A DNA stretch of 64,000 nt. Source: Candidatus Falkowbacteria bacterium. GTDB taxonomy: Bacteria; Patescibacteriota; Patescibacteriia; Patescibacteriales; UBA12075. Positions within the stretch are counted from its first letter, which is position 1; each line of letters begins with the position of its first letter. Below are positions 1 through 9,375 of the stretch, one piece after another. The stretch is taken from assembly GCA_003514005.1 (NCBI GenBank), contig DOSJ01000006.1:66281-130280 (forward strand), given 5' to 3'. The translations under genes and the position numbers were made by a program. The notes beneath the pieces are model-generated. The model saw nothing but the letters and a program-made list of their open reading frames with translations, was not told where the DNA came from and made no database searches.

Positions 1-306
1 AATCAAGATAATCTGTTAGATATTCAATTATCGGCTTAGCTTTTACAATCATTGTAAATATTTAGTTTATTTAATTGGTATGAATATATACTGAAATATG
101 TCTAAAGCAAGAAAAGAACGAGAGAGTAGTGCTAAACTAAAGAATTATCTCTATTATTTTCTTAAATAAAAGATAGTAGTGGTTTATACCTAATATTAGC
201 TATAAATAAAGGTACTAGCTATCATAGTGATAATACTTCGCATAATGTAGATTAAGCGAAGTAATATCCTAAAACAGGTATTATTTTATATTTTCACTTA
301 ATCTGA

Positions 307-465
307 TTATTGCAGTATTTCCGGACTAAAATGAATCCCCATTAAATTAAATTCTGGGAAAAAAATAAAAGAAAATTTTACAAGCAATAAAAAAAACGCT
401 ATTATTATCAAGCAAAATCCAATTACGGCTAAAATGAATACTATTTTAAATGCTAATTCTGGCAT
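307..465 (-). CDS. small hydrophobic protein, 52 aa, hypothetical
   Basis: Hand-found ATG..TAA ORF below the track cutoff. One long hydrophobic stretch (AFKIVFILAVIGFCLIIIAFFLLLV). Directly downstream of the ftsQ-like gene on the same strand. No SD. Confidence 0.25.
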   Translation of the reverse strand: MPELAFKIVFILAVIGFCLIIIAFFLLLVKFSFIFFPEFNLMGIHFSPEILQ

Positions 466-508
466 ATTTTTTTTGCTAATATTAGCTATATTGGCTAAAA
501 TTAGGTAA

Positions 509-1390
509 TTATCTTATATAAATGCTATCGCCAATGCGGACATCAATATATTCTTTTTTAAAAAAATCCTCTTTTAATTTTTCATTCTTAATTATCATGA
601 CCTTGTTAAGCTGTTTGTCCATATCTTCATTAATATTGAAAAATAGCTTGGGGCCGTCTACGAGCTTTATCTTTACGGTATTTACATCATCATCAATTAT
701 AAAAAAATCTAGCGGGGGAATCTCTGTGCTTGCTTTGAATCGTTTAAACAATTCTAACACATAGCTAATATAGCGTTCTTCAATATCAGCTGAATTTTCA
801 GACAGCTTTTTTGTTTTTTGATTTTGAATCAAGGGATAGTCTTTTTTATTTACCTCCAGCGTATTCTCCAATTGGGTAATCACATAGCCCTGGCTGTCGC
901 CATAATAATAGCTCTCCCCTTCCTGCCAAATTATCGCGTACTCTTTTTCACTAAAACGGATGATAAGTTTATTGGGAATTTTTTTCTTTATCTCCAAATT
1001 ATTAAAAGCAAACCTTTCTTCAAGCAAACTTTTTAAATCGTTTTTATTAAAAATAAAAATATTCTTTTGCGGGAACAGGACAAAATACGAACTGTTGATT
1101 TGTTCCCAAACAAGCTTTTCTATCATAGCAGGATCTATGCGCCCCTCCCCTTTTATTTCGGTTGCGCTAATTGCAAAGTATTTGGAATAAATCAAAAACC
1201 ATATCAATAAACAAAAAACTAGAATACCGGAAATCGTTGCCGCGTTTGCCTTATTCAAGCCTAAAGCAAAATGCCGTTTTCTTTTTTTGCTTTCCTGAAA
1301 AAACGGATTAGTGTATTTTTTGCTTTTATAATAATTACGGCTCTGACTGCGAAAATTCTTGGTTGGTTTTAATGATTTGCTGTCTAGCAT
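509..1390 (-). CDS. ftsQ: FtsQ/DivIB-like cell division protein (basic N-tail, one TM, POTRA-like region)
   Basis: K/R-rich N-terminus, a TM helix (ISGILVFCLLIWFLIY), then a segment typical of the FtsQ POTRA/beta domain (ISATEIKGEGRID...LEIKKKIPNKLIIRFSEKE). Sits next to a Mur-ligase gene. Confidence 0.65.
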   Translation of the reverse strand: MLDSKSLKPTKNFRSQSRNYYKSKKYTNPFFQESKKRKRHFALGLNKANAATISGILVFCLLIWFLIYSKYFAISATEIKGEGRIDPAMIEKLVWEQINSSYFVLFPQKNIFIFNKNDLKSLLEERFAFNNLEIKKKIPNKLIIRFSEKEYAIIWQEGESYYYGDSQGYVITQLENTLEVNKKDYPLIQNQKTKKLSENSADIEERYISYVLELFKRFKASTEIPPLDFFIIDDDVNTVKIKLVDGPKLFFNINEDMDKQLNKVMIIKNEKLKEDFFKKEYIDVRIGDSIYIR

Positions 1391-2117
1391 AATCTTTTAT
1401 AATTAGTCCAATAAGCAAGGAGTAGACATGATGCTGTCCGAATCTTTCCAGTTTGTACTGCCTGGTCGTACCGCCAACATCTACCGTAATATATTGTCCC
1501 TGTGCGCTTTTTTCAAGTTTGGATGCATAATAATCCGCCTTATTTTCAATACCATAGGTAATGGTTTTTGCCATGCAGTCTTTTACTAATAAATCAAATC
1601 GGATGATATCGTGGTTTATGATTAGCGTGTCTCTCTTTTTTAAAGTATTAATCAAATAAATATATTCGGAAAATAAGCCGTCAATCCCGTCAAAGCCTTC
1701 CAGATGTCTTTGCGTGATATCCGTAATTATCACAACTCTCGGATTCACAATAGTCAAAAGATATTCCATATCGCCCGGATCAGATGAGCCTAGGCTCAAA
1801 ACTAAATATTTTGGAAAATGTTTTTGAAAAATTATTTTTGGCGCATTAATAATTGCCGTAATCCACTTTTTATAAGAATTGAATCCGCTGGGCAGATACA
1901 AAACAGACAAAGGCAAGCCGATTTCCGTATTAAAATTTTTCGGATTAGCCCGGCAATCAATTCCCAATCCGCTTAATACGCGCTTAATTTCTTGCTTTAC
2001 AAAAGGCTTGTTCGTACTGCCAGCAACTGCGATAATTATCGGCCGATGGATAAACAGCACGATTTTCGTGATATATTTTAAATAATACTTTAAAAATATT
2101 TTTAGAATCCCTTTCAT
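1335..2117 (-). CDS. Mur ligase family protein, MurF-like, short and with degenerate P-loop
   Basis: IIAVAGSTNKPFVKQ aligns to the Mur ligase GSNGKTT site but lacks the GKT. The central-domain pattern is present (VLSLGSSDPGDMEYL, VVIITDITQRHLE). Only 260 aa, with no C-terminal domain. Overlaps the ftsQ-like ORF by 56 nt. Confidence 0.55.
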   Translation of the reverse strand: MKGILKIFLKYYLKYITKIVLFIHRPIIIAVAGSTNKPFVKQEIKRVLSGLGIDCRANPKNFNTEIGLPLSVLYLPSGFNSYKKWITAIINAPKIIFQKHFPKYLVLSLGSSDPGDMEYLLTIVNPRVVIITDITQRHLEGFDGIDGLFSEYIYLINTLKKRDTLIINHDIIRFDLLVKDCMAKTITYGIENKADYYASKLEKSAQGQYITVDVGGTTRQYKLERFGQHHVYSLLIGLIIKDYARQQIIKTNQEFSQSEP

Positions 2118-2193
2118 GTAGTTAGTTACTGTGAAAATTCTTTATTTTAACAATTATCTTATTTTCTCAATTGACTAATGTTTAATAATTTTT

Positions 2194-2231
2194 CGCGGAT
2201 TTACGCGGATTAAAACGCGGATTTACGCGGA
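2194..2231. repeat. direct repeat cgcggatttacgcgga x2
   Basis: Two copies at 2194-2209 and 2216-2231. The reverse-complement word aatccgcgtaaa recurs in tandem at 21315-21338. Confidence 0.8.
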
Positions 2232-2263
2232 AAATAATGTACACATTAGCTAATTAAATCCCG

Positions 2264-3436
2264 CTAAATTAAGTTATTCTCAAAACGATCAAAGGCTTCA
2301 TTAATATCTTCTGGCTTGCGTCCAAAGCTTAAGCGGATATGGCCTTCGCCGTTTGGTCCGAAAGCTGAACCGGGAACAACCGCGACATGAGTTTTTTCCA
2401 AAAGTGCCAAAGCGTATTCCCAGGAATCAGGTATCGCGCTATTTTTTTGTTCCGTAAAATCGCGCAATATTTTTGGAAAAACATAATACGCGCTTTCCGG
2501 TCGGATATAGGAAAAAAATCGTGACAGGCGATCAAGCCTTTTGCAGATTAAATCGCGTCTTTTAGCATACTCTATATTGAATGCGGATACATCGCTCTCC
2601 CCCATCTCCAAGGCGCCCATGGCGGCATACTGTGAAATTACTGGCGCGCAAGTAACTAGCGAATCATGGACTTTGATTATTTCTTTGATAACCGATTCAT
2701 CACTATGTACATAGCCAACACGCCATCCGGTCATGGCATATGCCTTGGAAAAACCATAGATTCGGATGATCCTTTTTCTAAGCTCTGGAATTTCTGCTAA
2801 TGAAAATATTTTTTCATTGTTATATAAAAAATCTTTGTATACTTCATCGGTGATAATATACAAATCATGTTTTTTTGCCAACTCCGCTAATGATAAAAGC
2901 TGTTCTTTGTTATAAATCGTTCCGGTCGGATTGTTCGGATTGCAATAAAAAATTGCTCTGGTTTTATCTGTTATCGCTTTTTCATATTTATCCAACTCAA
3001 GCGCCCAGCCTTTGTCCTCGTTCAACGGGACAAAAACCGGTTTGCATCCGGACAAGATTATCACTTCGTGATAGCTGGTGTAGGTTGGTTCGGGAATTAT
3101 TATCTCATCGCCCGGGTCTGTAATCGCCAAAATAGTGGCTGTAATCCCTTCGATTGATCCGGCGGTTACGATTATCTCCTTTTCCCAATCATAAAACATA
3201 TTATCTTTCTGTAATTGCAATTCAATCAATTCCCTAAGCTCCGGCAAGCCAGGAGAAAGCGAATATTTTGCGACCACCCCTCTTTTCAAGGCCAGTTCAA
3301 CTCTCCTTTTGATACTTTCCGGTGTATCAAAACTGGGAATACCTTGTGCCAAAGATATAGAGTCCGGATATTTAGCGGCACGCAGTTCAATCTGCTTAAT
3401 TATTGATAAACGTAAATTTTTTGTTCTCTGTGACAT
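2264..3436 (-). CDS. PLP-dependent aminotransferase, class I/II (aspartate/aromatic type)
   Basis: NPNNPTG motif and the PLP-lysine context FSKAYAMTGWRVGY. Full length of 390 aa. Confidence 0.85.
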   Translation of the reverse strand: MSQRTKNLRLSIIKQIELRAAKYPDSISLAQGIPSFDTPESIKRRVELALKRGVVAKYSLSPGLPELRELIELQLQKDNMFYDWEKEIIVTAGSIEGITATILAITDPGDEIIIPEPTYTSYHEVIILSGCKPVFVPLNEDKGWALELDKYEKAITDKTRAIFYCNPNNPTGTIYNKEQLLSLAELAKKHDLYIITDEVYKDFLYNNEKIFSLAEIPELRKRIIRIYGFSKAYAMTGWRVGYVHSDESVIKEIIKVHDSLVTCAPVISQYAAMGALEMGESDVSAFNIEYAKRRDLICKRLDRLSRFFSYIRPESAYYVFPKILRDFTEQKNSAIPDSWEYALALLEKTHVAVVPGSAFGPNGEGHIRLSFGRKPEDINEAFDRFENNLI

Positions 3437-3484
3437 GTAATCATGTAATTTTTATTGTAAATCCTTAGACGTTTTTCTTTTTCT

Positions 3485-3729
3485 TGTCATTCCCGCGAAG
3501 GCGGGAATCTTGGTCTAACAATAACAAAGCGTTTTTTATAGTATGTTTGTCATAAAACCATTTTATCATATCCTTATTTTATTATTTTAGCACCGAGATT
3601 CCCGATCATTTAATATCTATTCCCTGCGGGGCTATGGAATGTCGGGAATGACAAAATATATTACCCATATAATTATCTAAAGAACCAATATTTACTCCCT
3701 GCGGGGCTATTGTGTGTCGGGAATGACAA
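3485..3729 (+). repeat. MITE-like hairpin repeat, copy 1 (type B with extra terminal half-unit)
   Basis: Begins tgtcattcccgcgaaggcgggaatcttggt. Ends with two copies of tccctgcggggcta..gtgtcgggaatgacaa. Intergenic between the aminotransferase start and the serS stop. Confidence 0.9.
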
Positions 3730-3795
3730 AAATTTTTAAACATAAAATATTTTTAAGAATCATATAGAAAAAGTTGAAAAGAGTTTACAATAAAT

Positions 3796-5115
3796 TTATT
3801 TCAATCTTTTTATCACACTAATATTATTTGGCATGAATTTGCGCAATACTTCGGGAATAATAACAGAACCGTCTGCCTGCTGAAAATTTTCCAATATCGC
3901 AATCATCGGTCTAATCGATGGCAGAGCGGTGTCGTTCAACATGTAGACAAATTTATTTTCACCGTCCTTGGTTTTGTATTTTACATTTAGCCGTCTGGAT
4001 TGCCAGTCAAGAAAATTCGAAGCCGAACCGGTTTCACCGTAGCCATTGCGAGATGGCATCCAAGCTTCCAAATCAAACATCTTGTATTTACCGGCACTCA
4101 TATCGCCGGTACAAATCTGCAGGACTCGGTAAGGCAAACCCAGTTCTTGATGGATTTCTTTTGATATTTCAACCATCTCCATATGCAAACGGTTAGACTC
4201 CTCAATATCGGCAGAGCAAATGCATACCTGTTCAACCTTCATAAATTCATGTACACGGTAAAGGCCTTTGGTGTCCTTGCCATAAGAGCCGATTTCCGAA
4301 CGATAACATTGTGAAAAACCGCAAAATTTGATTGGCAGCTGTTTTTCATCCAAAATCTCATTGGCATAGTAGGCTAACAAAGACGGCTCAGCCGTTCCGA
4401 TTAAAAATTTATCTTCTTTATTCTTATTGCCATCAGCCTCAACTTCTTCGTTGGCAATTTTGTAAATCTCATCTACTTCCGGATTATACTTCCGTCCCGA
4501 AAAATAGCCTGAACCAAACAGCGCGAATTCGCGCACCAAGGTCGGCGGAATCATAGGTGAAAAACCTTTGCCAATCAGCTTTTCCAAAGCATACATCATC
4601 AAAGCCATCTGCAGGCTAACCGCTTCGTTTTTTACATAATAGCCACGATAACCGGCGATTTTCGCGCCACGCTCCAAATCAAACAAATCCAAATCCTGCG
4701 CAATCTCGACATGGCTCTTGGGCGTAAAATCAAATTTGGTCGGCTCGCCCCATTTGAATATTTCCACGTTTTCCGAATCGTCTTTGCCGATTGGCGTATC
4801 CTCGGACGTAATTGTCGGTACCTTAACCATCAACTCCTCGTATTTTATCGTAATATCGCTAAGCGCATTTTCCAGCTCCAAAATTCTCTCTTTAATTTCT
4901 TTTCCTTTTTTTATCTGCTCTTCACTTGGCCGTTCTTTGCCCGCGCTTTTTGCCAATTCATTGCGTTCCGCCCGCAAAGTGTCAGCATCAGTTTGAAATT
5001 TTCTTCTTTTTTCATCGATCTCAAGAAGCAAATCAATATCAATTGAAATATTTTTATTCTTTGCTGCTTCTTTAACCTTGTTTAAATTATCTTTTATGTA
5101 TTTTATGTCTAGCAT
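3796..5115 (-). CDS. serS: seryl-tRNA synthetase
   Basis: N-terminal coiled-coil arm plus a class II core (FCGFSQCYRSEIGSYGKDTKGLYRVHEF...). 439 aa. Confidence 0.95.
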   Translation of the reverse strand: MLDIKYIKDNLNKVKEAAKNKNISIDIDLLLEIDEKRRKFQTDADTLRAERNELAKSAGKERPSEEQIKKGKEIKERILELENALSDITIKYEELMVKVPTITSEDTPIGKDDSENVEIFKWGEPTKFDFTPKSHVEIAQDLDLFDLERGAKIAGYRGYYVKNEAVSLQMALMMYALEKLIGKGFSPMIPPTLVREFALFGSGYFSGRKYNPEVDEIYKIANEEVEADGNKNKEDKFLIGTAEPSLLAYYANEILDEKQLPIKFCGFSQCYRSEIGSYGKDTKGLYRVHEFMKVEQVCICSADIEESNRLHMEMVEISKEIHQELGLPYRVLQICTGDMSAGKYKMFDLEAWMPSRNGYGETGSASNFLDWQSRRLNVKYKTKDGENKFVYMLNDTALPSIRPMIAILENFQQADGSVIIPEVLRKFMPNNISVIKRLK

Positions 5116-5139
5116 AATGTTTAAGTTAAAAGTAAAAAG

Positions 5140-6648
5140 TTATAAAGTTATTTTCTGATCATGTTTAACAGGAAGCTTAGGCTTTACCAAGGGGAATAAA
5201 GCAATTTCACGTACCGGCTTGTTTGCTAAAAACGCAAAGAAGCGTTCACCAAATCCGAATCCGCAAGTTGGTGGCATGCCGTATTCCAGCATTTCCACAA
5301 ATTCCCAATCAGGCATCATGGCCTCGCTGTCCCCTGCTTCAAATAACTTTTGCTGAGCTTCGAAGCGGGATTTTTGATCAAGCGGATTATTCAGCTCGGA
5401 ATAACCATTGCCAATTTCCGCCCCGGCGATTAATATCTGAAACCTCTCGGTCAATTCAGGATTGTCTTCTTTGGCTTTTGCAAGCGGTGAAACCAGCTTT
5501 GGATGGTTGATTAAAAAGGCGGGACCCGATATTGTTTTTCGACAATATTTCCAAAGTGTATCCGTAAGTCTTTCTTTGTTATCCCCTTCGTACTTCACAT
5601 GCAGTTCTTCAAGCTTCTTTTTCATTTCCGATTCCGTAGCGTTTAAAACGTCTATTCCGGTCTTTTCCAAAACAGCCGTGCGATAATCGATTGTCGGCCA
5701 CTCTCCTGACAAATCAAACTTGTGTCCCCTGCTTTCAAAAACATAGGTTCCAAAAACTTCCATCGCGATTGTCTGATAAAGTTCTTTGGTCAACTTCATA
5801 CCGTCCTCATAATTGGCATAAGCCCAATAAAATTCCATATTGGTGAATTCCTGAACATGCTCGGGACTGCTTCCCTCGTTGCGATAAACGCGTCCGATTT
5901 CAAAAGTTTTTTCAAATCCGGCGACCATAAGCCTTTTTTGCCAAAGCTCGCCAACGGAAATCCGCAAAAAAACATTCAAATCAAAATCTTTGTGATGAGT
6001 CGCAAAGGGATTTGCCTCGGCGCCGCCGGTAGTTGTTTCGAGAGTCGGCGTTTCTACTTCAAAAAAGCCTTTTGCCTTCATGAAGTTGCGGGTAACATCC
6101 CAAAATTTTGCCTTTTTCTGAAAAAGATCTTTTAATTCCGGGTTCATAAGCATATCCAAATACCGTTTGCGAAATTTTTCTTCCTCGTTCTTAAGCCCAT
6201 GCCATTTATCCGGCAATGGCCTGATTGCCTTTGTCAAAAGCGTAAAGTTTTTTACCATCAGGCTCTTTTCACCGCGATGCGTAGTAAAACATGTCCCGCT
6301 GATTTCAATAAAATCACCAACATCAACCAGATCGCTAAATATATCGTATGCTTCTTTGCCCAAATCTTTTTTGGAAAAAGCCGCTTGAATAGTACCGCTA
6401 AAATCCTCGAGATTAGCAAAACTAAGGTTGCCATGGCTACGCTTACTGCGCAAACGCCCCGCGATTATTACCTCGGTCTGAAATTCAAAAAGCTCGTCAA
6501 ATTTTTCTATCACCTGTTTGACCAAGGTGTTCCGTTTTGATTTTGCCGGATAAGCATTGACATTCATTTTTCCCAAAGCCTTAAGTTTTTCCAAGCGATC
6601 CGCTTTTTCACTGGTTTTTATTTCCGGATTTTTTTCAATATTTTCCAT
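5140..6648 (-). CDS. lysS: lysyl-tRNA synthetase, class II
   Basis: OB-fold N-domain plus class II motifs (FFEVETPTLE, GRVYRNEGSSPEHVQEFTNMEFY, GFGFGERF). 502 aa. Confidence 0.95.
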   Translation of the reverse strand: MENIEKNPEIKTSEKADRLEKLKALGKMNVNAYPAKSKRNTLVKQVIEKFDELFEFQTEVIIAGRLRSKRSHGNLSFANLEDFSGTIQAAFSKKDLGKEAYDIFSDLVDVGDFIEISGTCFTTHRGEKSLMVKNFTLLTKAIRPLPDKWHGLKNEEEKFRKRYLDMLMNPELKDLFQKKAKFWDVTRNFMKAKGFFEVETPTLETTTGGAEANPFATHHKDFDLNVFLRISVGELWQKRLMVAGFEKTFEIGRVYRNEGSSPEHVQEFTNMEFYWAYANYEDGMKLTKELYQTIAMEVFGTYVFESRGHKFDLSGEWPTIDYRTAVLEKTGIDVLNATESEMKKKLEELHVKYEGDNKERLTDTLWKYCRKTISGPAFLINHPKLVSPLAKAKEDNPELTERFQILIAGAEIGNGYSELNNPLDQKSRFEAQQKLFEAGDSEAMMPDWEFVEMLEYGMPPTCGFGFGERFFAFLANKPVREIALFPLVKPKLPVKHDQKITL

Positions 6649-6735
6649 ATTATTTGATTTTATAATAAATACTTATACTTCAAACTATTTTTCCAATGTA
6701 TTTATTATAAGCCATTATTTATTATATGTCAAAAT

Positions 6736-6786
6736 GAAAAAAAGCAAAAACAGCCTGATTTTTATTCAGGCTGTTTTGCTTTTTTA
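6736..6786 (-). terminator. intrinsic terminator hairpin, usable on both strands
   Basis: agcaaaaacagcctga / tcaggctgttttgct stem flanked by an A-run and a T-run. Immediately downstream of the 6801..9263 gene. Confidence 0.7.
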
Positions 6787-6800
6787 TGGTATTTTGCTAT

Positions 6801-9263
6801 TTACAGAATGTCTTTAAACTGTTGCTTGACCGTGTCTTTGACTGTTTCGTCTTGCAGTACTTTTAATAAAGATTCAACCGCTAATTTCGCATTATCTTTT
6901 TCACCTACTTTTTGATAAAGTACGGCTAAACTATAAAGCGCGTTGGCATGATTTGCGTTTGCCTGGATTATGCTCAGGAAAAGCTGTTCAGCAGTAGTCA
7001 AATCAGAATTCTTGGCAGTTACGCCTCCTGTAGCTTGATTTGGTTGGACACTGAGCTTATCAGTAGTTGAGGCGTCTCCATCCGGATTAATATCATTCTC
7101 AGCAATCTGAGCAGATGCCGTCTGTCCCAAATTAGGCTGAGCAACACCGCGGTTGAAATACAAGCGCCCCAATTCAAAACGATAGTCAAGGTTGTTGCGT
7201 GATACCAAATTGGCTTGTTTCAAATTTTCGATCGCATTGTCAATATCGGTATTTTTTTCATACGCAATAGCCTTGCCGTAATAAGCGGCAGCCAAATCGC
7301 CTTTTTTTGCGATTGCTTCGTCGTATTTTTTGATTGCTTCATTAACAAAATATTTCTTTTCCTCTGGATCAGCTTCGGCATTGGCTCTGGCCATATTGAT
7401 TAAAGCAGTTCGCAAATACGGTGTTGGGTTGTGTGGATCTAGTTCAATTACTTTGGCGTACAAAGATTCAGACCAACCCAGGGCATCCCTAGTATAGAAA
7501 GACGCATTTTCATAAATCAAGCCTAAAGATTCGTTATTAACCGCTTTGTTTTTGGCAATATCCACAGCAATCCGGCCTTGTTCAATCGCCTTGCTTAAAT
7601 TGATTCCCACCTCCGCCTGATCAGTGCCGCTCAAAGCCAGCTGATTCGCTTTTGCCATATAGGTATTAGCCAAATTAATATAGTAGCCGTCTTGATATGG
7701 TGAGAGCTGGATTGCCTTGTTTAACTGCGTAATCTTTTCCTCAACATCAACGGCCGCGATTGCGTTTTTGGCATAAATATCGCCCATATACATCTTAAGT
7801 CCGATAGTAAATAGAATAACAACACCAGCGCTAACAGAGAGAAATATTGCCGCTAAAGCCAAGGCGTATTTTGGCGAAGACCGGAATGACAATGTTATAT
7901 CTTTAAATCTTTCCGGATACATTACCATCGAAGATGAAACCGTCAAAATCGTAATTAACATTGACAGAAGGATAATAGAATTATTCGCGGCAAAGAGCAG
8001 ACTAAATAAGATTACCGAAATAAAACTGGCAAAGAATCCGAGCAATATGGAGTTTATTTCTTTATTTTCGGTTTTTATAATTGTTAGGAAAGTTACTGAA
8101 AGCGAAATCAAAACTAAAATCGAAATCATTAAAACGCCCAAAACGCCGACTGTTGCTAAAAATTCAAACAAAGCGCCGGATGAACTGTCAAATCTGACAT
8201 TCCATAATGGTGATGAATTAAAATCCAAACTTTTAAACTTGGAAAAACTGTAATAAAAAGTCGAAGGACCGGAGCCAAATACTGGATTTTCTCTTAAGCT
8301 GGCTTTGGCAATATCCCAAGATGCGCTTCGCGAAAGACTGACTTCGGCTGGCAGATTTAAATTAACAAAATTAAAATTCCCAAGCACCAACAAGATAATC
8401 AACAATAAAAATACGCCAAGCGGAATCAAAAGATTATTGTTATTGGTTTTGATAATTTTTGCCAAAAAGAACATTAGTATAATAACAGAACCAACAATCG
8501 CAACCGGCAAAAAAGTAAAACCGCTCAGAAGCGTAAGGACAACAAAGGCGCATATAGCGACAATGCCCAATAAAGATTTGATAATAATCGCCAACTTGGA
8601 ACTTAAACTAGGTAAAATTTCCTTGACTTGAGTGATGGCTACGACCAACAATGGCAAAACGATAACAATAAATGTTGTTAGAGCCGACAAAGACCCAAGC
8701 GGATTAAAGCTGATATTTTTTGAATAATCAAACGGAAGTATAAACCAACCCTTTAACTGTAATAATGCATATACAATAACAATACTGGCGGAAGTAATGA
8801 AAACAAAAAATAAAGATTTGATTTTTTTGGAATCAAGATTGTTTACTACTAAATAGTAAAATAAAGCAAAAATAACGGCTGCCGCCAAGCCCTTAGATGA
8901 ACTGCCATAAGAACCGATTGCACTGTCTTTGGCGCTTACGGAAAGCAAAGTTGATACGACAAAAACCACCAAGGTAGCAATAATAGGGATATCCAGCGGT
9001 GTCCGTTTTAATTGCATTTCTCCCTTGATAACGCCTTTTGTAACCCAAGCAACTAATCCGACTAAAGCCAAAAAATAGAATAATATCATTTTCTCAAAAC
9101 CAAGACCTTGCGCGGCCATACCCGTAAAAAAGATCGGGGTCAAAAAGAAAATCAAACCAATAACAGCCGTGATAATATAATCAAGGCCTTTTGTGGATAA
9201 ATTCTTTTCTTTTTTTACACCCTCACGAGAACTTGTTGAAGTGATTATTTTTTTTTCATCCAT
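6801..9263 (-). CDS. polytopic membrane protein with O-antigen ligase (Wzy_C)-like core and C-terminal TPR repeats
   Basis: More than 10 hydrophobic helices in the first ~500 aa. The C-terminal ~300 aa have TPR-like repeats (AYYGKAIAYEKNTDIDNAIENLKQA, ALYSLAVLYQKVGEKDNA). Confidence 0.65.
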   Translation of the reverse strand: MDEKKIITSTSSREGVKKEKNLSTKGLDYIITAVIGLIFFLTPIFFTGMAAQGLGFEKMILFYFLALVGLVAWVTKGVIKGEMQLKRTPLDIPIIATLVVFVVSTLLSVSAKDSAIGSYGSSSKGLAAAVIFALFYYLVVNNLDSKKIKSLFFVFITSASIVIVYALLQLKGWFILPFDYSKNISFNPLGSLSALTTFIVIVLPLLVVAITQVKEILPSLSSKLAIIIKSLLGIVAICAFVVLTLLSGFTFLPVAIVGSVIILMFFLAKIIKTNNNNLLIPLGVFLLLIILLVLGNFNFVNLNLPAEVSLSRSASWDIAKASLRENPVFGSGPSTFYYSFSKFKSLDFNSSPLWNVRFDSSSGALFEFLATVGVLGVLMISILVLISLSVTFLTIIKTENKEINSILLGFFASFISVILFSLLFAANNSIILLSMLITILTVSSSMVMYPERFKDITLSFRSSPKYALALAAIFLSVSAGVVILFTIGLKMYMGDIYAKNAIAAVDVEEKITQLNKAIQLSPYQDGYYINLANTYMAKANQLALSGTDQAEVGINLSKAIEQGRIAVDIAKNKAVNNESLGLIYENASFYTRDALGWSESLYAKVIELDPHNPTPYLRTALINMARANAEADPEEKKYFVNEAIKKYDEAIAKKGDLAAAYYGKAIAYEKNTDIDNAIENLKQANLVSRNNLDYRFELGRLYFNRGVAQPNLGQTASAQIAENDINPDGDASTTDKLSVQPNQATGGVTAKNSDLTTAEQLFLSIIQANANHANALYSLAVLYQKVGEKDNAKLAVESLLKVLQDETVKDTVKQQFKDIL

Positions 9264-9375
9264 AATTTTGTTGCTAAATTATAAATATGACATTAAGATT
9301 ATTATCATTTGTGCCATATGTAAGTATATTATATTTTTATCTCATTTATATCTTAGCAAATTTTTATATTAAAGT

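Noticed and set aside
1-306. Possible gene or ncRNA in the first 300 nt (23-aa ORF MSKARKERESSAKLKNYLYYFLK; hairpin cttcgc...gcgaag at ~235-262)
   Set aside because: The ORF is too short and has no SD or conservation evidence. The hairpin is isolated and matches no motif I recognise.
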